This document shows, piece after piece, positions 16,530 through 23,887 of a DNA stretch of 32,000 bases. The stretch lies in the NCBI GenBank assembly GCA_965224465.1, contig OZ245049.1:1200001-1232000 (forward strand), written 5' to 3'. The first letter of the stretch is position 1, and every line of letters begins with the position of its first letter. The position numbers were made by a program, and so were the translations under genes. Under the pieces are notes generated by a model. That model saw nothing but the letters and a program-made list of their open reading frames with translations. It made no database searches and was not told where the DNA came from. The DNA is from Flavobacteriaceae bacterium (lineage in GTDB: Bacteria; Bacteroidota; Bacteroidia; Flavobacteriales; Flavobacteriaceae).

Positions 16530-16879
16530 TGTCCTGAATTTAAAAATTGAACTTTACCTCCTAATACACAGTTAATGGTAGATTTGTCTATTAGGGCATT
16601 TTTTCCTTCAATGAGCATATCTTTTTTAAAACCTACCCATTTTAAAAGTGAGATACTCGCTTTACAAGGTTTTTGCGTAATAGAACAAACGCCAAAATCA
16701 AAAGTATTTAGAATTGGGTTTTTGTCAATAGTGGAACAAGAATAAACACCATTGAATTTTAATACCTTTTTACTTGCTTTTATTTGGCAAGGTGTAGTTC
16801 CTTTATCACAAACCATCATTGCACCGTCTTTGATGTATTCAAAAGTTCCGCCATCTTCTGGCTGTATTAGTACTCCCAT
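16526..16879 (-). CDS. DUF4280 PAAR-like protein (module 1)
   Basis: A 117-aa ORF with the pattern YIKDGAMMVCDKGTTPCQIK...FDFGVCSITQKPC...INCVLGGKVQFLNSGQ. This matches the DUF4280 layout (GA.L.C..G..P, PFG.C, C..GG.I....GQ). It overlaps the next gene by 4 nt. Confidence 0.8.
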   Translation of the reverse strand: MGVLIQPEDGGTFEYIKDGAMMVCDKGTTPCQIKASKKVLKFNGVYSCSTIDKNPILNTFDFGVCSITQKPCKASISLLKWVGFKKDMLIEGKNALIDKSTINCVLGGKVQFLNSGQ

Positions 16880-16926
16880 ATTTTATCTTTTTTTTACCGT
16901 TACATTCCTTTGTCCTAATTGTGTAG

Positions 16927-17617
16927 AACACCTCTATATCCACAATAGCAACCCTAAAGTTGACGTTATTTCCGCAATACCTACAAGCACTACAGAGGCT
17001 GTTAAATTTATAGTTTAAAGGTAGTTAATAATTTAAATTACCAGTATATAACTGGCGTATTTATTAACAAAAGTTTACTGTAAAGTGTTACATGCATACT
17101 TTGTTGTATTTGCAGTACTTGTAGGGCTTTAATTGGTACTAATACCTTAGGGAACGGTGTGTTTTTTTGCTGTATGATTTATTTTAACAGTATTATTACT
17201 TCTAAAAAGAGGAATACTTGGTGTTTTTTTACGCTTAAAAAGTCTTCGTATTCAAACAATCGTTTTAACCGTTTAAAACGGTTATTTTAAGGACAAGAAT
17301 AAAAATTAAGTCTTCTTTTAAAAAAAATATTGCCGTCAGGTACTAATAACAGAATAAAAAAACAAACATAGCCCCGTAAAGGGAAACGCATGCCAAAATA
17401 CTGCTGACCAATACTTATCCGTATCTAAAAACAGTAAAAACATATCCCACAAAAGAGCGTGAGAGAAAATGACCTAAAAACAGGTTATATCTGATAAGGT
17501 CTTTGTTGATAGCCTCTTAATTAAATCGCGCAACCCCCATAGTATCATCTTTTGAGCCGGTATAGTCAACAGGATGTTCATGCTGGGCGCTACACACCGC
17601 ACGAACACTTAGTTATT
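16927..17617. repeat. R module copy C (full length, 691 bp)
   Basis: Collinear with copies B and D. Its stop-proximal end supplies the last codons (AAT AAC TAA) of the PanE-like gene. Its other end overlaps the 13-bp inverted repeat at 16920..16932. Confidence 0.9.
17474..17581 (-). CDS. Conserved 35-codon sORF inside the R module (copy C)
   Basis: Encodes MNILLTIPAQKMILWGLRDLIKRLSTKTLSDITCF. Compared with copy B, the first 29 codons show 5 synonymous and 2 non-synonymous differences. Confidence 0.3.
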   Translation of the reverse strand: MNILLTIPAQKMILWGLRDLIKRLSTKTLSDITCF

Positions 17618-18553
17618 ATGTGTAGCTTTTATTTCTTTGTAGATGCTTTCAGTAAAAGTAGTATTAATATTCATTTCTTTTCCATACTTAATAATTGCAC
17701 CTGCAAATAGTTCTAATTCATTATCTTCTTTCCCTGAATTTATATCAAGTTGTAATGAAGTAGGTGTTTTTGGTGGAAATGTAGATGCTTTTTCAAATGT
17801 CTTTAAAATAATATTATCTTGTAAATAAATTCCTTTTCTATCAGCAATTGATTTTATTTCATCCATTATTTTTGTGGCCTCTTCTTTTTGTAATTTTATA
17901 GAGCAAACGGCTCCGATAGATGAATTGTATTTTGCAGTTACTAAACCAAAACTTGCAATGAAAATAAATTTAGTCCAAATATCAACTAAAGAATTCTCTT
18001 TATATTCAAAACTTATCTTACTTTTCTCCATTAAGTCTACAATCCATTCAATATCTTCAGAAGTATGTTCTGGGTCTTTACCAAATATTAATTTTCCAGT
18101 TTTTCCTTTGTGTTCAACAATACCTTTTTCTTTTATATGTGAAGCAACATAAACACAAGATGGTAAAATTATATTATTAGGGATTATTTTATGAATCCTA
18201 TCATAAATATCAGCTCCATTCATCATAGGTAATAAAATGGTGTCTTTTGTAATAACTTTGGATAATTCATTACAAACATTCTCTAAATCATATTCTTTAA
18301 CACAAATCAATACTAAATCAGGGTTTTCAATTTCTGAAATATTTTGATAAATGGCATCAGGATTTGTCGTGCTATTTTTATGTTCTGAAGAAAGTAATGT
18401 AAGCCCTTTTTCTTTAACTATTTTATACGTTTTAGCTCTAGCTATAAACGATATTTGATGTCCCTTATTGGTTTCGTTACTTTGGCATATTTTGAATCCA
18501 AAATAACCACCAACACCACCAAGACCTATAATAACAATATGTTTTTTATTCAT
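17609..18553 (-). CDS. Ketopantoate reductase (PanE/ApbA) family oxidoreductase
   Basis: A 314-aa ORF with N-terminal Rossmann motif HIVIIGLGGVGGYFG. The length and layout are typical of the ApbA/PanE family. Confidence 0.6.
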   Translation of the reverse strand: MNKKHIVIIGLGGVGGYFGFKICQSNETNKGHQISFIARAKTYKIVKEKGLTLLSSEHKNSTTNPDAIYQNISEIENPDLVLICVKEYDLENVCNELSKVITKDTILLPMMNGADIYDRIHKIIPNNIILPSCVYVASHIKEKGIVEHKGKTGKLIFGKDPEHTSEDIEWIVDLMEKSKISFEYKENSLVDIWTKFIFIASFGLVTAKYNSSIGAVCSIKLQKEEATKIMDEIKSIADRKGIYLQDNIILKTFEKASTFPPKTPTSLQLDINSGKEDNELELFAGAIIKYGKEMNINTTFTESIYKEIKATHNN

Positions 18554-18617
18554 TTTTTATATTTTTTACAAATATGAATACTCTCTAATGAATAAGTACT
18601 TGATAAATGACAAGAAA

Positions 18618-18895
18618 TTATATTTTACTAATTTCTTTTCTAATTCTACTCAATGTACTGTCTGTAATTCCTAAATATGAAGCTATAATTTTAAGAGATA
18701 CATTTTGAAAAATCTGCGGTTGCTGTTTTAAAAGGTTTAAATACCTTGTTTCTGCTTTTTGACTTGCCATTTCAATTAGTCTATCATTTAGTTTCGAATA
18801 ATTTATAACAAATAAAAGTCTGCTAAACTCTCTAAATTCAGAAATGTTATGAAAGTTTGTTTGTACGTTTTCTAAACTTGTTTCCCAAAATGAAC
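18618..18895 (-). pseudogene. Crp/Fnr-family regulator, C-terminal (HTH) fragment
   Basis: The minus-strand frame reads ...CSFWETSLENVQTNFHNISEFREFSRLLFVINYSKLNDRLIEMASQKAETRYLNLLKQQPQIFQNVSLKIIASYLGITDSTLSRIRKEISKI*. It continues the 21415..21726 frame exactly once the IS66 and one copy of the target duplication are removed. Confidence 0.8.
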
Positions 18896-18950
18896 GTATC
18901 CGTCCGACGAAGTACGTATAGGAATTAAAAATACATAAAAAAACCTCGAT

Positions 18951-20636
18951 TTATTGATCGAGGTTTAAATTTTGTGGAAATAGCTCACTTAATTTTTGAG
19001 CATTGTAATCAGGGATTATATCCAGTATTTTTTTCATCCATTTATAGGGGTTTACTTGGTGTTTTTTACAAGTCCCAAAAAAGGAATAGAACATCGCTGC
19101 ATTTTTTGCAGCATCATGGCTACCTGCAAATAAATAATTTTTACGTCCAATAGCTAATGTTCTGATAGATCCTTCTACTAGGTTATTATCTAGTTCTAAA
19201 GTACCGTCATACAGGTAGGCTTTTAAGTAGTCCCATCGTTTTAATGTATAAGTAATTGCTTTTCCTAGTGGACTTTTCGGTAAGCTTCCTTGGGTGTTAT
19301 GGATCAACCATTTTATAAATGTATCCATTATTGGTTGTGCTTTATCTAGGCGATAAGCATGCCGTTGCTCAGGAGTAAATTCCTGTTTTTTACAATGTCG
19401 CTCAATGGCATATAATTGTTGAATGAGTACCATCGCATGACTCGCTTTTACTTTGTCATAGTCTAGTGCTTTCTCAAAATAACGACGTGCATGTGCCATA
19501 CACCCTACTAAAGTGACATCTTTTTTATGTGCAAATTCATCATATACAGCGTAGCCATCTGTTTGTAAATACCCTTTAAAGTTTTTAAGCATTTCTCTAG
19601 GTCCATGTTTAGATCTAGAGGGACGATAATCAAACAATACCATTTTTTGTATGGGTGAATAGTACACCCAATGATATCCAGTATGAGTTTTTCCTTTTTT
19701 CTGTTTGTCTAGCACTGGAATAGTTGATTCATCGGCCTGTACATATCCTTGTGACAGCACCGTGTTTTTCATAGCCTGATACAGCGGCTTAAGTAAGTGT
19801 CCTAAGCTGTTTTGCCATCCATTTATTGTAGATGAACTTATAGAGATTCCTTCTCGTTTAAAACGTTCTATCTGTCGATAATACGGTAAGTGATCTAAGA
19901 ATTTATCAATCAATAGCTGTGCTAGCAGGCTGTTTGATGCTACAGATTTTTCAATAGCAAAACTTGGTAAATCAGCCATAATAACGGTCTTAATACCTAA
20001 AGGGTTTCCATTGTCAATCAATGTGTCTTGTACTTTCTTTTTTAAGGCGTATTTTGGTCTGACATATCGTTTTATGTATAGCTTTGTGGGTACAAGTTCT
20101 AATTTATCTGTAATTTCTTCACCTATTTTTATTCGGTTCTCTATAGTCTCTTTAGGCTCTAAATTAATAATTTCAACAGGTAAATGACTGGGGAGATTTA
20201 AACTTCCAATCGTTCTTTTTTTAGCCTTTTTACGTTGATATGTAATGTTTACAGGAGCTTCTTCTTCCTGGGGCATCTCTTTTAAAACTTCGAAAGGGAG
20301 TTGCATTTGAAAAGGGTTATTAGCCATTATAAAACGCTCACGTTTTGTCCCAAAAATCATACGACGTAATTGCTCTAATTGAAATTGTCCATATCCGTAT
20401 TTTGTCTCTAATTCTTTATATTGAGCTTCTAGGATAGCCTTTTGTAAAGTAACGTCTTTTGTCTTTATAGTAAGTAACTCATTCTTTGCGCTAAGAGAAC
20501 TTGTCTTTGTATTAAGTAACTCATTCTTTGAGCTAAGAGAATTTGTCTTTTTGATAAGTAAATCTGACTTAGAATTAGCCTCCTGTAATAGGGCTATAAG
20601 TGCTTTTTTTGATAGCTGTTCTAAGTCTTTTTCCAT
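18951..20636 (-). CDS. IS66-family transposase (TnpC)
   Basis: A 561-aa ORF with an N-terminal coiled-coil or leucine-zipper-like repeat and IS66-type core motifs (ADESTIPVL, GYHWVY, CMAHARRYF). Confidence 0.85.
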   Translation of the reverse strand: MEKDLEQLSKKALIALLQEANSKSDLLIKKTNSLSSKNELLNTKTSSLSAKNELLTIKTKDVTLQKAILEAQYKELETKYGYGQFQLEQLRRMIFGTKRERFIMANNPFQMQLPFEVLKEMPQEEEAPVNITYQRKKAKKRTIGSLNLPSHLPVEIINLEPKETIENRIKIGEEITDKLELVPTKLYIKRYVRPKYALKKKVQDTLIDNGNPLGIKTVIMADLPSFAIEKSVASNSLLAQLLIDKFLDHLPYYRQIERFKREGISISSSTINGWQNSLGHLLKPLYQAMKNTVLSQGYVQADESTIPVLDKQKKGKTHTGYHWVYYSPIQKMVLFDYRPSRSKHGPREMLKNFKGYLQTDGYAVYDEFAHKKDVTLVGCMAHARRYFEKALDYDKVKASHAMVLIQQLYAIERHCKKQEFTPEQRHAYRLDKAQPIMDTFIKWLIHNTQGSLPKSPLGKAITYTLKRWDYLKAYLYDGTLELDNNLVEGSIRTLAIGRKNYLFAGSHDAAKNAAMFYSFFGTCKKHQVNPYKWMKKILDIIPDYNAQKLSELFPQNLNLDQ

Positions 20637-20704
20637 ACATTAAATATACGAAAAATATACATGAACAGCCTGGTTTTATTAGGTTTTTTACCTGTAAAAA
20701 GACA

Positions 20705-21046
20705 TTAATAACGTTTCCTTTGTTGGATGTTTTTTATAGACAGTCCATCAAGAAGCATCACCATTTGGCTGTATTTCATTTGTATACTTCCTTTCAGATT
20801 ATCATACACCGGAAGTTCAAAAGTACCTCGTTCCAATCGTTTATAATACAGTACAAATCCACCTGCTTGCCAATGCAATAGTTTTATTTTGTTTCGAGGT
20901 TTATTTATGAAGATAAAAACAGCTCCATTACTAGGATCCTCTTCTAAATTATTACGGATAACACCTGACAAACCATTAAATCCTTTACGCATATCTGTGG
21001 GTTCTAGGTACAGATGAAAATCAAGTTCACTTGAAAGATTTAGCAT
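20705..21046 (-). CDS. tnpB: IS66 accessory protein TnpB
   Basis: A 113-aa ORF containing TDMRKGFNGLSGVI...IKLLHWQAGGFVLYYKRLERGTFELP, the hallmark IS66 Orf2 signature. Confidence 0.85.
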   Translation of the reverse strand: MLNLSSELDFHLYLEPTDMRKGFNGLSGVIRNNLEEDPSNGAVFIFINKPRNKIKLLHWQAGGFVLYYKRLERGTFELPVYDNLKGSIQMKYSQMVMLLDGLSIKNIQQRKRY

Positions 21047-21047
21047 A

Positions 21048-21356
21048 TTACAAATGAATTAAATTTTGTAAATCGATAAGTGTAATCTCTTTGTTAATGA
21101 CCAAATTTACACCTGTTGGATACTCGATTTTAAAACTATCTAAAATAGAATTTCTGCTGTTTTCAATAGGAGCATCAATAAGTTCAACCTTTGAAAATCC
21201 ACTGGCATTTTTGGAGGTCAATTTCTTATTCCAGTACCTAAATTTACAAAGTGTAATTTTATGACTTTTACAATAATCTTCCAAGGTTAAATCACTCAAC
21301 TTCCAATCGGAAACAACAGCTGTCATATAGGCTCGTTTTTCTTCGTTTTTTCTCAT
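21048..21356 (-). CDS. IS66 accessory protein TnpA (HTH)
   Basis: A 102-aa ORF that is the first gene of the IS66 operon and ends 1 nt before tnpB. Confidence 0.7.
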   Translation of the reverse strand: MRKNEEKRAYMTAVVSDWKLSDLTLEDYCKSHKITLCKFRYWNKKLTSKNASGFSKVELIDAPIENSRNSILDSFKIEYPTGVNLVINKEITLIDLQNLIHL

Positions 21357-21414
21357 GCGTCAAAAATAGAAGCTATTTTTCCACTAAAAAATATGGGGAT
21401 GGTCGGACGGATAC

Positions 21415-21726
21415 AAATGAACAGTCGGTTATGGTTTGATAGATTTCTTTTGTTGGCTGTTTTTTAAAAAAAGATAAAAAGTCATTTACAAAACAAGGAG
21501 CAGAATAAATATTTGTTGTAACTATTTCGTTATCTTCATTTAGAATATATGAGCGTACATATCCTTTCTCTAAAAAATATGTTTTTGTACTAATAGTGTC
21601 TTTGTCAAGTAGCGTAGTATTCTTATCTAATTTGAAATCACAGAACGTTTCCGTAATTTTCATTACTGTCTCCTTTTGGATAGGAAACAAAGAATGGAAA
21701 TAATTATTAAGTATGGATTTGTCCAT
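21415..21726 (-). pseudogene. Crp/Fnr-family regulator, N-terminal (cNMP-binding-like) fragment
   Basis: Encodes MDKSILNNYFHSLFPIQKETV...YFLEKGYVRSYILNEDNEIVTTNIY...TITDCSF, and then runs into the IS66 end. The track ORF 21373..21726 includes 14 IS-derived codons. Confidence 0.8.
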
Positions 21727-21903
21727 TAGTCTGTTTTTCAGTTACGCACAACGTTACGTATATGCTTAGTGCTGGTTAAAAATACAATAATTTTCTGTTA
21801 AGCATTTAGCCAAATTTTTTCTTTTCCAATTTTAACGCAAAATTGAAAATTTTGCGGACTTCATAAATATGCCTAAACTCGGGTTAAACACTGACTTTAA
21901 GCA

Positions 21904-22353
21904 TTAAGTATATACACTGTTGTGCGCAGGCTTTCCACGTTCTAGTTCATTTTCTATTCTTTTTTCGAGTTCTTTCTGTTTAAATTCAAACCAATTTTGT
22001 CTAAAATCAGAATGGTCAACTTTATTCTTAAAATTCTGAAATGGTTTTTTGTTTGCTAAAACATTTTCCAATTCCGACTTTAGATTTTTGTCAGACAACT
22101 GCTCAACAAAAAGTTCCATAATTTTAAACGACTCAAAGTTTTCTAAAGTCTCAAATTTTATAAAATCCGCTTTATGTTTTTCCACTTTTTCTAAACTTTC
22201 ATTAAAAGCTTCTTTAAAATCTTCCTCGTCCGAAAATTGTGAAAAACTCGGAATTGAAACAATTTCGTCAGTTTTAGAATTGTAATAGCAGTCAAATCCA
22301 GAATCTAATTCTTGAGCTATTTCCTTTATTAATTCTGACTGTTTTCTTATCAT
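21904..22353 (-). CDS. UPF0158-like small protein (orphan immunity-type gene, tentative)
   Basis: A 149-aa acidic protein. The C-terminal KKPFQNFKNKVDHSDFRQNWFEFKQKELEKRI resembles the UPF0158 G.G.FRRFKD....W..F signature. It is ATGA-coupled to the upstream gene. Confidence 0.5.
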   Translation of the reverse strand: MIRKQSELIKEIAQELDSGFDCYYNSKTDEIVSIPSFSQFSDEEDFKEAFNESLEKVEKHKADFIKFETLENFESFKIMELFVEQLSDKNLKSELENVLANKKPFQNFKNKVDHSDFRQNWFEFKQKELEKRIENELERGKPAHNSVYT

Positions 22354-22802
22354 TAGATTGCTCTTATTGGATATTGTTGAACTTCTTTTTCTAATTCTTT
22401 TGCAATTAGTTTTAATTCGTCATTATTGAAAACACAATCTACAAAATACTCTTTTTCATCAACAGCATTTTGTGGTCGTGACTCCAAGTCAAATATTATT
22501 CTGATATGCTTTTTTTCTGTACTTTTTTTTGTCAGTTCAAATTCCAAATTCGGTTCCATAAAAACAAGTGAATCAGAATCAGTTTCTATGTTATTCGAGA
22601 GTTTCTCAAACCACTCGATAATTTCTTTTAAATCTCCAACCAAAAGAGATGGGTCAACTGTCTGCCAATTTCCACAATCACTTTTTACTTTTAAATAAAT
22701 CAATAACCAATTTGAGTCATATTCGCAATCCGTTATTTCAGGAAACTGATAATTCGTTATCTTAAATTCAACAGTTTGTTCATTAATTCCTTTAAATATC
22801 AT
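22353..22802 (-). CDS. WapI-like immunity-type small protein (tentative)
   Basis: A 149-aa cytoplasmic protein. The pattern FKITNYQFPE...YDSNWLLIYLKV...W...DPSLLVGDLKEIIEWF resembles WapI-family immunity proteins as I remember them. Confidence 0.45.
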   Translation of the reverse strand: MIFKGINEQTVEFKITNYQFPEITDCEYDSNWLLIYLKVKSDCGNWQTVDPSLLVGDLKEIIEWFEKLSNNIETDSDSLVFMEPNLEFELTKKSTEKKHIRIIFDLESRPQNAVDEKEYFVDCVFNNDELKLIAKELEKEVQQYPIRAI

Positions 22803-22812
22803 TCCATTACGA

Positions 22813-22975
22813 TGGTTTTTTCAGCTTGCGCACAACGGTTTGTATAAGGTTAGTAGCGGATTTAAATACAAAAAGTTATTGGTTAAGCACAAATTTATAA
22901 AAAGGAAACAGACTTTAAATTTAGCACAAAAACCGGTATTAATTTTATACCGTGTTCTACACAGTTTATCTACAT
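22813..22975. repeat. S element copy 2
   Basis: See 13701..13860. Its hairpin is CGGTAT-AAAATTA-ATACCG, with a compensatory G-C/C-G swap relative to copy 1. Confidence 0.7.
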
Positions 22976-23887
22976 TTTTATTCGTTCTTCCTTGAAACCA
23001 TCTAATAACCATTCGTTTTCATAATTATCATAACGGACTATTTTAACACCTTCAATAGACGATTTTATTTGATAGAAAAAATATGTAGTACCTCCTTTAA
23101 CTTTATTAATCTGTTCTAAATCAATCTTAGCACTAAAATCATATAAAAAATCTAGGTATTTATAATTAGCACTCTCTTTTAATAATTTATTTTCAATTAA
23201 TACTTTCTTAATTTCAGTACTTATCTTTTCTTTGTGTTTAATTAAATTTAATGTTTCAAAAAGATGTTTATCATCTTTTCTTTTTTTTACAGATGTATCA
23301 TTAAAAATAATTTTTTTTAATTGATTAATTGATTTATTAAAATTTAAAAATTGCGCAACCATCATTGATTGTACACCGCCTCTTCCATAAATAAAAATTT
23401 CATCTCCTGTTAAAATTTTTATTTCTGCGACATATGATGGATGTCCGAAGTTTAGATATGAACCCATACCAATAGCCCCTCCAAAATATTCTTTTTTTAT
23501 AAATTTCTTATCTTCAAAGAATGAATATGTTTTTAAATATGTTTTTCCGTGATTATAAAGCATTATATAAATTGTCTTATCTTCTAAAATAGCGTCACCA
23601 ATAATTATTCTTTTTCTAATATCTCCAAAATGTTCTTGTTCTTTTTCATATATCCCAGACCTTTCAAAATGGTCTATCAAAACACTATCCTGTTTACTGT
23701 TGAATACATAAATATTCCAAGAGGTCTTTCTTTCTTTCGTGTCGGTATCAATAAACATTTTCACTTTTAATTTGTTTATTTCTTTAGTATAGGCTTCCAT
23801 TGTATTTATTGTTTTATTTGTTGTCTGTGCTTTACAATTAGTAAAGTTTACTAGCAATGCGATTAAAAATAATATTTTTTGTATCAT
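22970..23887 (-). CDS. Lipoprotein, candidate immunity protein (module 2)
   Basis: A 305-aa ORF with signal MIQKILFLIALLVNFTNCKAQ and a 4-nt overlap with the toxin gene. Confidence 0.7.
   Translation of the reverse strand: MIQKILFLIALLVNFTNCKAQTTNKTINTMEAYTKEINKLKVKMFIDTDTKERKTSWNIYVFNSKQDSVLIDHFERSGIYEKEQEHFGDIRKRIIIGDAILEDKTIYIMLYNHGKTYLKTYSFFEDKKFIKKEYFGGAIGMGSYLNFGHPSYVAEIKILTGDEIFIYGRGGVQSMMVAQFLNFNKSINQLKKIIFNDTSVKKRKDDKHLFETLNLIKHKEKISTEIKKVLIENKLLKESANYKYLDFLYDFSAKIDLEQINKVKGGTTYFFYQIKSSIEGVKIVRYDNYENEWLLDGFKEERIKM

Larger units (their letters stand above)
18896..21414 (-). mobile_element. IS66-family insertion sequence (complete, 2519 bp)
   Basis: Has 13-bp terminal inverted repeats GTATCCGTCCGAC (18896..18908 and the reverse complement at 21402..21414). 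An 8-bp target duplication AAATGAAC sits at 18888..18895 and 21415..21422. It has the canonical three-ORF layout. Confidence 0.9.

Noticed and set aside
17336-17443. A second 35-codon minus-strand sORF in R (MFLLFLDTDKYWSAVFWHAFPFTGLCLFFYSVIST).
   Set aside because: All four differences between copies B and C are non-synonymous, and copy A lacks the ATG. There is no sign of coding constraint.
16927-17617. R as an ORF-less group II intron. The minus strand starts GTGTTCGTGCGGTG..GCGCCCAG, reminiscent of GUGYG/GCGCCCAG intron 5' ends.
   Set aside because: I could not find a domain V-like hairpin or a catalytic AGC-type stem near the other end. The element sits between genes rather than inside one. 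A check with the Infernal group-II models would still be worthwhile.
22821-23012. A 63-aa minus-strand ORF overlapping the S element and the end of the immunity gene.
   Set aside because: It overlaps the conserved non-coding S spacer and the 3' end of a well-supported gene. The paralogous S copy has no equivalent ORF.
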